Positions 16,083-25,898 of a DNA stretch of 64,000 nt are shown here, piece after piece. Where the stretch lies: positions 104,283-168,282 of the forward strand of contig DATLLJ010000002.1 of NCBI GenBank assembly GCA_035537875.1, given 5' to 3'. Position 1 is the first letter of the stretch. Every line of letters begins with the position of its first letter. Source of the DNA: Vicinamibacterales bacterium (GTDB taxonomy: Bacteria > Acidobacteriota > Vicinamibacteria > Vicinamibacterales > CAVVIG01). Under the pieces are notes generated by a model that ran no database searches, was not told the DNA's origin, and was given only the letters and a program-made list of their open reading frames with translations. A program made the position numbers and the translations under genes.

Positions 16083-17304
16083 GCGTGGTCTGTGCCGCGT
16101 TCAGCCCGAGGCGAAAGTCGGCGTCCGAGAACGTCGCATACCGATCCGTGGGCTGGTGCCAGTGCGGATCCCATCCCGCGCCGATGTGCATCCCCCGCTC
16201 GTTCTCGCGAAGACTGATTGACGGGACCAGGTTCATGAACGGCGTCGAATCGGTATTCGTCATGTGGTGGCCTACCGCCGCGGGGTAATCGGTGGCAAAC
16301 TTTTCGTTGGCGTCCCGGAAGACGAACGCGAGCGCCCGCGCCTCGTCAGCGAACTTCGATGCCGATTGATACTCGATATTGACGTCGGCCTCGGGGCGCT
16401 GCTCGCGGCTGAACGATCCGTCGGCCCGCGGCATGCCGTGATCCCACAACATCATGTCGTGCTGAATCATGGCGAGCCATTTCGGCTCCGGGTAACGGCC
16501 CGATCCTGGCGGGTCCTCCTGCCCCTGCAGAGGCGCGCGCTGTTCAACGTACGCGATTGAACCCTGGTAGCCGGTTTCCTCGTTGTTCCAGAGGGCGAAT
16601 CGAATCGACCGGTCTACCTCGACGTCTGGACCGCCGAACACCCTGGCGAGCTCCATGACGAGCGCGGTGCCCGAACCGTTGTCGTTGGCCGCCTCTCCCC
16701 ACCCATGACCGTCCATGTGGGCGCCCACGATGAACATTTCGTCGGGTCGGGTCGTACCGAGTTTCGTGCAGTACACCTCCTCGCGCCGGCCTGGAGTACT
16801 CGGCTGCAAATTGAGCGTGCGAAGGGCCGCATCGGGCTGAGCGCCCGGGTCGGTGTTCACGCCGGCGGGACGGGTAATCCCGCGGTAACGCGACCCACCC
16901 TGGCCACGACGGACTTCCCCGCTGGCGATCACCGGCTTCGGTTGAGCCGGGCGAGCCGCTGCCGTTGTCGGCGGTGCCGGCTTGTACATGTAGACGATGC
17001 GCTCGGTCGCGCAGCCGAAGCTCCGAAGCTGACTTTCGATCCAATCGACGGCCGCCGCGTTACGGTCGGTGCCCTCACGCCGATCGCCAAACCTCGTCAG
17101 GCCTTTGATAGCGGCCTTGTACCTGTCCAGATCGAGCCGGGCGACAAGGGTCGCAATCGTGTCGTCGGTCGGCGCAATGATCGGCGAAGGAACCTGCGGT
17201 GGCGATGGAGACTGCGGAGACGGTGCCGGTTCCGGGCGGCCGCAGGCAACGGCCGCCAGCACGACGAGCAGGCCGCATGCCGGCGCGAGCAGCTGCGACC
17301 GCAT
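16039..17304 (-). CDS. M28-family metallopeptidase (lipoprotein)
   Basis: 421 aa with lipobox LVVLAAVACG. The motifs VGAHMDGHGWGEAANDNGSGTALVMELARV...ALWNNEETGYQGS are M28 zinc ligand motifs. Confidence 0.85.
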   Translation of the reverse strand: MRSQLLAPACGLLVVLAAVACGRPEPAPSPQSPSPPQVPSPIIAPTDDTIATLVARLDLDRYKAAIKGLTRFGDRREGTDRNAAAVDWIESQLRSFGCATERIVYMYKPAPPTTAAARPAQPKPVIASGEVRRGQGGSRYRGITRPAGVNTDPGAQPDAALRTLNLQPSTPGRREEVYCTKLGTTRPDEMFIVGAHMDGHGWGEAANDNGSGTALVMELARVFGGPDVEVDRSIRFALWNNEETGYQGSIAYVEQRAPLQGQEDPPGSGRYPEPKWLAMIQHDMMLWDHGMPRADGSFSREQRPEADVNIEYQSASKFADEARALAFVFRDANEKFATDYPAAVGHHMTNTDSTPFMNLVPSISLRENERGMHIGAGWDPHWHQPTDRYATFSDADFRLGLNAAQTTLAAVARLAGVRLRQ

Positions 17305-17305
17305 C

Positions 17306-18202
17306 TCACATCACGCGCGCCTGGCGCATGACACGTTCGCACTTCTGACGGATTTCCGTGGCGACCTCGAAGGGATCGCCGTCGCGGAACTTCGGCAGGA
17401 ACAGCTCGACCGACAGCGGACCGGAGTATTCCTTCTCCGAGAGCTTTCGCAGTATCTGGTTCACGGGTGCGACGCCATCGCCGGGAATCACCCGGGTGGT
17501 CTGATCCAGCACCTCACGCGGCATGTCCGGCACATCCTGGAAGTGGACGTGCCCGATTTCGCCGTCGCGAATCAGATCGAGATCCTCCAGCTTACTTGGG
17601 CCCGACCAGAAGTGATAGAAGTCCAGCAGCGGCCTGACATTCCCCGACGCGCGCGTCAGCGTAAGCATCGTCGGCAGCGCGGCGACGTACGTCGAGGCCC
17701 GCGTCGCTTCGATCAGGGCCGTCATGCCGAACTGCTTGGCGATGTCTCCGACCTCGCGCATCCGATCGGGACCGGACTTGTAGTCTTCCGCCGAGTATCT
17801 CTGTGTCGCGGCCGAAGGCGTGTAGATGCGCGTCAGACCGAGTGTCGCAAACTGCTCGCAGCGACGTTTGAAGCTGTCGAGCAACATGGCGCGATTGTCC
17901 CCAGGTTCCCAGATGCCGAACACGCCGCTGGCACACATGACCGGAGTCAACCCGAGATCGGTCAGAACCTGGCGGGCGGCCTGGAGCGAGTCGGTCTTCA
18001 GGAACCCGTCGAGCAGCGTGTTGGTCAACTCGACGTTCTTGATCCCGGCGCGCGCCCAGCCTTCGAGTGATCCGCGAAAGCCCGCGCCACCCGAGGTGTT
18101 CTGGTGCAGCGCGAGGGTCATCTTTCCGGCGGCAGACACCGAAACGGCGCGCGCTGCGGCGAGCGCCATCGGCGCGAGGAGCATCGCTCTTCTGGACACC
18201 AT
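17306..18202 (-). CDS. Sugar-phosphate isomerase/epimerase (xylose isomerase-like TIM barrel) with RR-type signal
   Basis: This is the C-terminal 299 codons of the 616-codon ORF 17306..19156. The ATG at 18202 gives MVSRRAMLLAPMALAAARAVSVSA. The body has ...GIKNVEL...FGMTALIEA...VHFQDV...GPLSVELF. The upstream 317 codons are Arg/Gly-rich and antisense to the 18263 gene. Confidence 0.7.
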   Translation of the reverse strand: MVSRRAMLLAPMALAAARAVSVSAAGKMTLALHQNTSGGAGFRGSLEGWARAGIKNVELTNTLLDGFLKTDSLQAARQVLTDLGLTPVMCASGVFGIWEPGDNRAMLLDSFKRRCEQFATLGLTRIYTPSAATQRYSAEDYKSGPDRMREVGDIAKQFGMTALIEATRASTYVAALPTMLTLTRASGNVRPLLDFYHFWSGPSKLEDLDLIRDGEIGHVHFQDVPDMPREVLDQTTRVIPGDGVAPVNQILRKLSEKEYSGPLSVELFLPKFRDGDPFEVATEIRQKCERVMRQARVM

Positions 18203-18262
18203 AGCCACCTGCTTTCTTGAAGGCGCTGGTATTCTATAACCCTTTACCAAGGAGGTTTGCCG

Positions 18263-19207
18263 GTGAATCGACTCTCTCTGGTCACTTCGTGCGCGGCCTT
18301 CGTGCTCATCCTGTCGGCCTGCGGTTCTGCGCCGGAGAACACTCCCGCCCCCGAGGCGCCCGCCGCCAGCACGACGCCAACGGCCGCGTCGGGTCGCGTC
18401 ACCGCCGGCTGGACGGTGACCGACGGCGTCGACACGCCCGAAAGCGTGTACGTGGATACCGCCTCCGGGTCGATTTTCGTCTCGATGATTGCCGGCCAGC
18501 CCGGCGACCGCGACGGCAACGGGCGCATCATGAGAATCGGGCCCGACGGCACAGTCGTATCCGCCTCGTGGGTCACCGGTCTCAATGCGCCCAAGGGCCT
18601 GCGAAGCCACAACGGCACACTGTGGACGGCGGATATCGACGAAGTGATCGGCATCGACATCACGAAGGCGACGGTGTCTTCGCGCCTCAAGATCGAGGGC
18701 GCCCAGTTCCTGAACGACGTGGCCGTCGGCGACGATGGGACCGTGTACGTGTCGGACATGCTGGCGAGCAAGATCTACGCGGTGAAGGACGGCAAAGCCA
18801 CCGTGTTCGGCGAGGGTGACGCGATGGAGTACCCGAACGGTCTCCTTGTCGAGGGCAACCGGCTGATTGTGGGCGGCTGGGGGAAGCCCGAGCCCGATTT
18901 CAGTACCAAGGTGCCGGGGCACCTCTTCGCGCTCGACCTGCAGACCAAGGCCAAAACGCTGATTACGCCAAAGCCGCTCGGTAACATCGACGGGGTCGAA
19001 AGCGACGGGCGCGGCGGCTACATCGTCACCGACTTTCCGGCTGGAAAGCTGATGCACGTCACCAGCACGGGCGAAAGCCGGACGCTGAGGGAGTTCATGG
19101 CGGGGACAGCCGATCACGCGTTCGTCCCCGTGGGCAACATCGCGATCATCCCGCACATGATGGAGAACCGCATCGCGGCCTACGACTTGACGGACGCATT
19201 GAAATAG
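18263..19207 (+). CDS. Lipoprotein, six-bladed beta-propeller (SMP-30/gluconolactonase/NHL-like)
   Basis: ORF 18257..19207. The GTG at 18263 lies 7 nt after GGAGG. It has lipobox LILSACGS and repeated ...GTVYVSD / GGYIVTD blade motifs. Confidence 0.6.
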   Translation: MNRLSLVTSCAAFVLILSACGSAPENTPAPEAPAASTTPTAASGRVTAGWTVTDGVDTPESVYVDTASGSIFVSMIAGQPGDRDGNGRIMRIGPDGTVVSASWVTGLNAPKGLRSHNGTLWTADIDEVIGIDITKATVSSRLKIEGAQFLNDVAVGDDGTVYVSDMLASKIYAVKDGKATVFGEGDAMEYPNGLLVEGNRLIVGGWGKPEPDFSTKVPGHLFALDLQTKAKTLITPKPLGNIDGVESDGRGGYIVTDFPAGKLMHVTSTGESRTLREFMAGTADHAFVPVGNIAIIPHMMENRIAAYDLTDALK

Positions 19208-19213
19208 CGGCTG

Positions 19214-19234
19214 GAGGTTAGGGGCCTCTAACCT
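19214..19234. terminator. Hairpin between convergent genes
   Basis: GAGGTTAG-gggcct-CTAACCTC is an 8-bp perfect stem. It lies 7 nt after the stop at 19207 and overlaps the stop of the OsmC gene. Confidence 0.5.
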
Positions 19235-19743
19235 CTAGCCTCCACACTCGCCCTCACAGAAATCGTCGGCGCCTGACGCAGCGTCTGAAGCACGACACAG
19301 TACCGCTCCGTCAGGCGCGTGAGCGTCGCGATCTGTTCTGCCGACGCGTCGGTGTCGAGCTCGAACGTGAGCCGGATCTCGCGAAAACCGACCGGGGCGT
19401 CCTTGGTGACGCCCAGAGTTCCGCGAAAATCGACATCGCCTTCGGCGCGGACGATGCCGCTGCGTACGTCGATGCCTGTAGCGGTCGCGACCGCGCTGAG
19501 CGTCACTCCCGCACAGGCGGCGAGCGCTTCGAGCAGCATATCGCCCGAACAGACGAACGCCCCCGTGCCCCCTGTGGCCGGGTGCAGTCCCGCTTCGACG
19601 AGCGCCTTGCCTGTCTCCACCCGGCACGTGACGCCTTCGCCGATGCGGCCGGCGGCACGAAGCGTCACGACGGCAGACTCGGGGCGGGCCCGGTATTGCT
19701 CCTTGAGGGGCGCCTGGAGAGCGCGAAGATCGTCAGTGTTCAT
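19228..19743 (-). CDS. OsmC/Ohr-family peroxiredoxin-like protein (Cys form)
   Basis: 171 aa. The motifs GDMLLEALAACAGVTL and LTERYCVVLQTL give the two conserved Cys contexts of OsmC. Confidence 0.8.
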   Translation of the reverse strand: MNTDDLRALQAPLKEQYRARPESAVVTLRAAGRIGEGVTCRVETGKALVEAGLHPATGGTGAFVCSGDMLLEALAACAGVTLSAVATATGIDVRSGIVRAEGDVDFRGTLGVTKDAPVGFREIRLTFELDTDASAEQIATLTRLTERYCVVLQTLRQAPTISVRASVEARG

Positions 19744-19773
19744 CAGCCATCACCTGCGGGGCGCAATGGATGC

Positions 19774-20463
19774 TCAGGACACGGCGCCAAAGAACCGGCC
19801 GACCAGGGCCGTGCTGATCATGGCGACCACCCCCCAGAAGGCCACTCGCGTTGCGCCCTTCAGCATCGGGGCGCCTCCGAGGCGCGCGGCGGCGCCACCG
19901 AGCACCGTCAGCAACAGCAGCGAGCTGCCCGCGACGGCGGCGCTGAGCACCCCGAGGGGAACCAGGACAACGAGGAGCAGAGGCAGAGCCGCGCCGAGGG
20001 CGAACGCACCCGCGGACGCCAAGGCCGCCTGCAAAGGACGCGCGCGCGTGATTTCCGACATGCCAAGCTCGTCGCGGGCATGGGCGCCGAGCGCGTCATG
20101 GGCCATGAGCTGATCGGCGACCTGCCCAGCGAGATCGCGGGTCAACCCACGCCCCACGTAGATGTCAGCGAGCTCTTCGCGTTCGAGATCGGGCGTGCTC
20201 GCCAGCTCGCGTCGCTCCCGATCGAGATCGGCTCGCTCCGTATCCGCCTGCGAGCTCACCGAAACATATTCACCCGCCGCCATCGAGAGCGCGCCGGCAA
20301 CCAGGCCAGCCAGCGTCGCCAGCAACACCGGCTCGCGGGCGGCCTGCGCAGCGGCGACGCCGACCACGATGCTGCTCGTGGAGATCAGCCCGTCGTTGGC
20401 GCCGAGTACGGCGGCGCGGAGCCAGCCAACCCGGGTGGCCCGATGAAGTTCTCGATGCCTCAC
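19774..20463 (-). CDS. VIT1/CCC1-family iron/manganese transporter
   Basis: 229 aa. The segment WLRAAVLGANDGLISTSSIVVGVAAA is followed by C-terminal TM helices. Confidence 0.85.
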   Translation of the reverse strand: MRHRELHRATRVGWLRAAVLGANDGLISTSSIVVGVAAAQAAREPVLLATLAGLVAGALSMAAGEYVSVSSQADTERADLDRERRELASTPDLEREELADIYVGRGLTRDLAGQVADQLMAHDALGAHARDELGMSEITRARPLQAALASAGAFALGAALPLLLVVLVPLGVLSAAVAGSSLLLLTVLGGAAARLGGAPMLKGATRVAFWGVVAMISTALVGRFFGAVS

Positions 20464-20466
20464 GAT

Positions 20467-20979
20467 TCAGCGAGCTGCAGGGGCGCTCGGCGGAGCGATC
20501 GTCGCCGGATCCCAATGTTCGTCCGCCTTGCCGTCCTTGATTCGCCACATGTCGAACCAGGTCGTCGTGTACATCTTTTTGCTGTCGCGCGGATCCTGAT
20601 ATTCGCGTACGAACGCGACCACGACGAGATCTCCCTCGGCAGTCACCGAGACGACCTTCGTCTTCCAACTCTTTCTGTCGGGAATCGGCGTCGGTTTGCG
20701 GCTCCCGAAGAACTTCATGACCGGCGCGAGCCCTGAGGCCACGTTCGGATTGTGCTGGATGTACTCGTTGGTGAGGTACTTCGGGGCGTCCTCCCAATGG
20801 TTGGCTTCGAGCAAGTCGCGGACGATGTGGAGCACGACCTGCTTGTTCGCGTGAAGCTTCGGATCCGGGCTCGTAAACAAGGCTTCGGGATCGGCCGAGC
20901 CGGTGACCGGCGCCTGCGCGAACGCGGGGACGCTGGCAAACGCAGTCAGGAGCACGCCGATGAGCCGTAGTGTCTTCAT
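20467..20979 (-). CDS. Secreted SnoaL-like/NTF2-fold protein
   Basis: The ATG at 20979 follows GAGGAGAA and gives MKTLRLIGVLLTAFASVPAFAQ. The body has YLTNEYIQHNP...FDMWRIKDGKADEHWD. The longer ORF (to 21282) is not credible. Confidence 0.7.
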   Translation of the reverse strand: MKTLRLIGVLLTAFASVPAFAQAPVTGSADPEALFTSPDPKLHANKQVVLHIVRDLLEANHWEDAPKYLTNEYIQHNPNVASGLAPVMKFFGSRKPTPIPDRKSWKTKVVSVTAEGDLVVVAFVREYQDPRDSKKMYTTTWFDMWRIKDGKADEHWDPATIAPPSAPAAR

Positions 20980-21509
20980 TGCATTCTCCTCGGTTCCAGT
21001 CTGGCACAACCCGACGCGTCCAGGGCCGCACTCCGTCGTTTGCCTGCCACGGTCCGGAAGCTTCGCAGAACCAGGTTCGAGACAAGACTCCAGTCCACGG
21101 GCTCGTCCGCCCAGAGGCTGACCCACAGTCCGCGGCCGTACGGGGTCTCGAAGAACTGTTTGCGGCGGACGAGACGGAGGACCTCGGTGCGATCGAGCCG
21201 AAAGGCCATTGAGGGCCGGCCGCCCACGCGTTCGAATGCGGCAAATGTCCGCTTGCCCGCTCGGAAGTTGGGATGACCCCACGACGCCTTCTCACTCGTC
21301 TCGGGCAACGCCAGGCACAATGCCCGCAGCCGCTCGAGGACGTGGCCCTTCAGGCTGACGACTCCGCTCGGCTCGGTCGGCAGCCGCCGGCTTTTACCTC
21401 GCGAGCGACGGGTCGCGGTTTGGCCCACTGGTTCCTCTGTGCCTCGCCGGATTCTAGCAGCCCGCGGGATACGCCGGACATTCGGAGATGCAATAGACTC
21501 ACCGGACAC
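20976..21509 (-). CDS. MmcQ/YjbR-family protein
   Basis: The motifs LERLRALCLALPETSEKASWGHPNFRAGKRTFAAF... and ETPYGRGLWVSL match the family. Its stop overlaps the downstream ATG (ATGA). The true start is probably internal and is unresolved. Confidence 0.6.
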   Translation of the reverse strand: MSGESIASPNVRRIPRAARIRRGTEEPVGQTATRRSRGKSRRLPTEPSGVVSLKGHVLERLRALCLALPETSEKASWGHPNFRAGKRTFAAFERVGGRPSMAFRLDRTEVLRLVRRKQFFETPYGRGLWVSLWADEPVDWSLVSNLVLRSFRTVAGKRRSAALDASGCARLEPRRMQ

Positions 21510-21547
21510 GGCTCGACGCGCCTGGGTGCCGCAAGAAGGAGACCTCG

Positions 21548-23245
21548 ATGCGTGTAGGCAACAAGCTCACTCGTCGTCAGCTGGTTCGTGGCAGCGCGGC
21601 GGCTGGCCTGGCGGCCGCGCTGGGGTGCGCCGGACGCTCGACAGGAGGAACGGCGCCGGCGGCCGCGCAGCGCGGCCCGAATGCAGGAGAACAGGCGAGC
21701 GATGACCTCGTGTTGATCAACGGACGCATCCACACGATGGATCGCACCAACACGATCGCTACGCAGGTGGCGATCAGGAACGGCCGCTTCTCGCTGGTGG
21801 GTGGACAGCTCCCCGCCTCCGGCGCGCGGGTCATCGACCTGCAGGGCCGGACGGTGGTGCCGGGCCTCATCGACAACCACAACCACATCGTGCTGATGGG
21901 GAATCGGCCTGGCTACCACACGCCGCTCGAGAACGCTTCATCGATTCGCGACGTCCAGGAAACCGTGGCGGCGCGAGCCACCGGTATTCCACGCGGCAGC
22001 TGGATCACCACGATTGGCGGGTTTCACCGGAACCAGCTGGTTCGCCCGGGAGAGTCGCCTCGGTTTCCCACGCTGTCGGAGCTCGATTCAGCCTCACCCG
22101 ACAATCCCGTGTACATCTCCGAGTCGTTCATGGGACCGTCGACGACCAACAGCGCGGGCAAACGGTTCTTCGACAGCCAGTCGCCGCCGATACCGGTCGG
22201 CGCAGACGGCTCGATTGCCGCGGGAGCGCAGGCCACGGGCCGGGCCACGCTTGCGCTGCGCCAGACGCTGCAGACGTTCGAGCAGCGGAAGCGCGGCGCC
22301 ACGGACGCCCTCGCCTACGGCCTCAGCGTCGGCGTCACGACGCACCTCGACCAGGGTGCCTTCCAGGCGACCAACACGCCGAACGACGGCGCGGCCCACG
22401 AAGACAACTACGCGATGCACCTGCCCTTTCTCGCCCTGCGCGCCGAGGGCAAGCTGCCCGCGCGGCTTCGAATCAATTTCCTTCACCAGGACGCCACGCC
22501 CGACCTGACGACTCTGAGCGAACGGATCGAGAACAGCTTCCCGTTTTTCGGCGACGACATGGTTCGCACGGGAGGCATCGGAGAGTTCATCGCCGGCGGC
22601 GGGGCCAACAGCCCGTTCGTCGAGGCTGCGAGGCGATTGGCTCGTGCCGGCTGGCGCGCCGAGGTGCACTCGCTGAGCAGGACCGACTTCGAACAGGAGA
22701 TTCAGGGTTACGAAGCCGCTCACGCCGACTCGCCGATCACGGATCTGCGCTGGGTGATCGCTCACGTGCCCTTCATCACCGAACCGTGGGTGAACAGGCT
22801 GAAGGCACTGGGCGGCGGGCTCTCGCTGACCAGCTGGCGCTATCTGGCAGGGACTCCGGAACAGAATGGACCGCCCTTCCGGATGATCGTGGACAACGGC
22901 ATTCCTGTCGGCATGAGCTCGGACGGGATGCAGATCGCTCCGATGAACCCGTGGCTGCACATGTACTATGCGACGACCGGATTGAACGCGCAGCAGGTCC
23001 TCATCAACGGCGGTCAGCAGATCTCCAGGCAGGAAGTCCTGAAGTTGTACACGTCGAACAACGGCTGGTTCCTTCGCGAGGAGAACCAGCTCGGGTCCAT
23101 CGAGGCGGGAAAGCTGGCCGACCTCGTGGTCCTGAGCCACGACTACTTCACGGTCCCCGACCAGGATCTCAAACGGATCCGTTCGGTCCTCACCATCGTC
23201 GGCGGACAGATCACCCACGATGCGACTGCGTCATCAATCGGGTAA
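21548..23245 (+). CDS. Exported amidohydrolase (amidohydrolase_3/YtcJ-like)
   Basis: 565 aa with Tat-like signal TRRQLVRGSAAAGLAAALGCAG. Family features are LINGRIHTMD...PGLIDNHNH...GSIEAGKLADLVVL. Confidence 0.85.
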   Translation: MRVGNKLTRRQLVRGSAAAGLAAALGCAGRSTGGTAPAAAQRGPNAGEQASDDLVLINGRIHTMDRTNTIATQVAIRNGRFSLVGGQLPASGARVIDLQGRTVVPGLIDNHNHIVLMGNRPGYHTPLENASSIRDVQETVAARATGIPRGSWITTIGGFHRNQLVRPGESPRFPTLSELDSASPDNPVYISESFMGPSTTNSAGKRFFDSQSPPIPVGADGSIAAGAQATGRATLALRQTLQTFEQRKRGATDALAYGLSVGVTTHLDQGAFQATNTPNDGAAHEDNYAMHLPFLALRAEGKLPARLRINFLHQDATPDLTTLSERIENSFPFFGDDMVRTGGIGEFIAGGGANSPFVEAARRLARAGWRAEVHSLSRTDFEQEIQGYEAAHADSPITDLRWVIAHVPFITEPWVNRLKALGGGLSLTSWRYLAGTPEQNGPPFRMIVDNGIPVGMSSDGMQIAPMNPWLHMYYATTGLNAQQVLINGGQQISRQEVLKLYTSNNGWFLREENQLGSIEAGKLADLVVLSHDYFTVPDQDLKRIRSVLTIVGGQITHDATASSIG

Positions 23246-23347
23246 TTGGATAATCGGGTAATCGGGTAATTGATGGGGGCATTGAGGGTTTCGGCCAATC
23301 ACCCAATCAATTACCCGATTACCCAATTACCCGATTACTCAATTCAT
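23233..23347. repeat. AT-rich inverted repeat built from 8-bp periodic units (long hairpin, probable bidirectional terminator or REP-like element)
   Basis: The left arm is AATCGGGT AATTGGAT AATCGGGT AATCGGGT AATTGATG. The right arm is TTACCCGA TTACCCAA TTACCCGA TTACTCAA. Positions 23256-23274 pair perfectly (19 bp) with 23306-23324, and imperfect pairing continues out to 23233/23347. Both convergent stop codons lie inside the arms. Confidence 0.7.
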
Positions 23348-25050
23348 TGTGCGATGGTCTTCCAATTCCTCGCCAGATAGTCGGCCGTCCGCCATGCGAG
23401 CGCCTGGGCGGTGAGCGTCGGATTGCGGGCGCCGCTCGTGCCCATCACCGACGCACCGAGCACGCCCAGATTGGGCGCCTCATGCGAAAAGCCCCAACGG
23501 TCGACCACGTTGGTGTCGGGGTTGGTGCCCATGCGCGTCCCGCCGTAGGCATGCGTCGTCGGGCCCATCGTGCCGATGCCAGCCTTGATCGTCGCGATGG
23601 CGCCGGACTCCATGAACCACGCCTCCATCTTGTCCTGGATGAAGGCGGCCAGCTTTCTCTCGTTGTCTTTGTGATCCGCCGTGATCCGGCACACCGGGAA
23701 TCCGAGAGGGTCGGTGACGGTCGGATCGAGATCGAGGTAGTTGTCTTCGTACGGCAGCGTGGTCTTCTGGAGGTAGGCGGAATTCGTCCGATCCGCATTC
23801 TCCTTGACGAACGCCTTCCACGCCGAGCCCCACTGGGGCGCTCTTCCGAACGTCGCCATCGTGGCGGCGCCGATGGGGCGTCGATCAGAGTAGACCCACA
23901 GGTTCCCACCACCGATGAAATCGAGTCCGGAGTGATCGAAGTTGTCGTCGGCCCAGTCGTCCACGGCGGTCCCTTGCGCAGGGAGACCGTACCAGTTGTT
24001 CAAATTGCGCGGAAAGAGGGCCGTAACGGCTGCGCCCTGATTGTGACTGAAGTAATGCCGGCCCACCTGCCCGTGGGTGTTCGACAGCCCGTTCGGGTAC
24101 GCCTTGGACTTCGAGAGCAGGAGAAGACGGACGTTCTCGTAGACGTAGCTCGCCAGCAGCACGACCGCAGCAGGTTGAAAGAACTCCTCGCCGTTCTTGA
24201 GATAGTTCACACCACGTACGCGACGGTTGGCGTCCACTTCGATCGTCGTCACCGTGGCCTGATCGACGACCTCGAGGCGTTTGGTTGCTTGCGCTCTGGG
24301 GATTGTCGTGACGGCGGTGGAATTCTTGGCATTGATATGGCACCCGCCGCGGCTGCAGAAGCCGTGATAGGCGCAGGCCGCTCGGTTCTGATACGTGCGC
24401 GAGTTGATCGCCGCCGGCCCTGGAAACGGATGCCATCCAAGCTTGCGTGCCGCCGACGCCATCATTTCGGTGAAACCGGTTCCCCGAAGAGGCGGCATTG
24501 GATACTCGCGACGGCGCGCGCCTTCGAAAATGTTGCCGCGTGGATCGGTCCTACCGCCGAGATTCCCGGCCTTGCCGGACACGCCAAGCTCGATCTCGAC
24601 CTTCTCGTAAAACGGCTCCAGCTCGTCGAGTCCGAACGGCCAGTCCTCAACCGTCGAACCCTTGGGGATGCGTGAAGCGCCGTACCGTTTGGTCGTCTCG
24701 CTGACCACCTTGAAGTCCCAGGGACTAAGGCGCCAACTCTGCGCCCAGTAGTGAAGGCTCGTCCCGCCAACGGCGTTCATCATGGGATGAATCGCCGGTC
24801 TGGGCGAGTACGGCGCCGATGCGTTGGGCCTGTGGGTGGGGACCTCGCGATTGGCCTTCTGCACCGCCTGCGGCCAGCCACGGAAGTTGTTTCGAAGTTC
24901 GTCAGGCGCAAAATCCGATGGGCTCAGCCAGCCGCCGGCCTCGAGGCCGACCACTTCGAGACCAGCCTGCGCGAGCGGAAGCGCCGCGACGCCGCCAACC
25001 GCTCCGAGACCGATGATCACGACGTCCTTGGGCGGCAGATTAGTCGCCAT
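23344..25050 (-). CDS. GMC-family FAD oxidoreductase (large subunit, gluconate 2-dehydrogenase-like)
   Basis: 568 aa. The N-terminal DVVIIGLGAVGGVAALPLAQAGLEVVGLEAGG is an FAD Rossmann motif, and the C-terminal part is GMC-like. Confidence 0.85.
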   Translation of the reverse strand: MATNLPPKDVVIIGLGAVGGVAALPLAQAGLEVVGLEAGGWLSPSDFAPDELRNNFRGWPQAVQKANREVPTHRPNASAPYSPRPAIHPMMNAVGGTSLHYWAQSWRLSPWDFKVVSETTKRYGASRIPKGSTVEDWPFGLDELEPFYEKVEIELGVSGKAGNLGGRTDPRGNIFEGARRREYPMPPLRGTGFTEMMASAARKLGWHPFPGPAAINSRTYQNRAACAYHGFCSRGGCHINAKNSTAVTTIPRAQATKRLEVVDQATVTTIEVDANRRVRGVNYLKNGEEFFQPAAVVLLASYVYENVRLLLLSKSKAYPNGLSNTHGQVGRHYFSHNQGAAVTALFPRNLNNWYGLPAQGTAVDDWADDNFDHSGLDFIGGGNLWVYSDRRPIGAATMATFGRAPQWGSAWKAFVKENADRTNSAYLQKTTLPYEDNYLDLDPTVTDPLGFPVCRITADHKDNERKLAAFIQDKMEAWFMESGAIATIKAGIGTMGPTTHAYGGTRMGTNPDTNVVDRWGFSHEAPNLGVLGASVMGTSGARNPTLTAQALAWRTADYLARNWKTIAQ

Positions 25051-25777
25051 GATGCGGCTCCCCTTTCGCAGCGTTCCCGTCCGAGCGGCTCGCCCTGGCG
25101 GGTCGTCTGTTCGAAAACATCGGCTCGTCGTAAGCCGACTTGCGAGTCGGCGTCAGCCGGGGATCCAGACGCTGATCGCTTTCAGACACCGCGAGACGAA
25201 GACCGGGGTATCCGAGCAGGTCCCATCCGACGAAGTTGGCGTTCCCACCGTAGTAGGGATCGCAGAACGTACCCTGGATCGTATGAGTGCGGACGAGGTT
25301 GAAGAAGGAGGCGGCATTCGGCGTGAAGCCGGTGGCAACGTTGTCCTCCATATCTTTCAAGACGGCGTCCTGATCGCGAGCCGTGAGATCGACAAAGCGC
25401 GACCCCTTCGACGTCCGCGCGTACGCATCGACGGCGCTCAGCCCGTTCCGATACGCCTCACGGGAAGAGGCCAGCGCACCGCCGAGAGCCCGATCGATGT
25501 AACGGGCGGCCCGTGCCTCCGTGGCGCCCGGCCCGTTGTCGTCGGTGGGAATCAGACGCGCCCCGATCGCCTCCACGATCTCCGCCTCTGCGGCCGTGAG
25601 TGTCTCCAGGGCCTCGCGTGGTGCCTGTCCCGCCTGGGGTGAAGCGGCCTGCGCCGGCAGCGCGGGCGAGGGCAGCAGCATGGCCGGCACGGTGGCGGCC
25701 GCGCCGGCGATGCCGACTCGTTTGAGGAGTTCGCGACGGGAAAGCGCTGGCCTCTCGTCTTCCGAGTGATTCGCCAT
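25040..25777 (-). CDS. Gluconate 2-dehydrogenase subunit 3-family protein (Tat-exported small subunit)
   Basis: The ATG at 25777 follows AGGAGG and gives MANHSEDERPALSRRELLKRVGIAGAAATVPAML. The gene overlaps the GMC start by 11 nt. Confidence 0.75.
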   Translation of the reverse strand: MANHSEDERPALSRRELLKRVGIAGAAATVPAMLLPSPALPAQAASPQAGQAPREALETLTAAEAEIVEAIGARLIPTDDNGPGATEARAARYIDRALGGALASSREAYRNGLSAVDAYARTSKGSRFVDLTARDQDAVLKDMEDNVATGFTPNAASFFNLVRTHTIQGTFCDPYYGGNANFVGWDLLGYPGLRLAVSESDQRLDPRLTPTRKSAYDEPMFSNRRPARASRSDGNAAKGEPHHGD

Positions 25778-25898
25778 CAGTGACCTCCTGGTGCTGTTTC
25801 CCGATGCCGACAAGAGGATACTTCGTGTCTTCACGGCCGAACTCGGCTATCCTCGGGCGTCCCGAATGAGGCCACCCTCGGTTCAGGAGGACCAGTCC

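Noticed and set aside
18203-19156. The N-terminal 317 codons of the 616-aa ORF 17306..19156.
   Set aside because: This part is Arg/Gly/His-rich junk antisense to the lipoprotein gene 18263..19207. An internal ATG at 18202 gives a proper RR-type signal peptide and a normal-length TIM-barrel protein.
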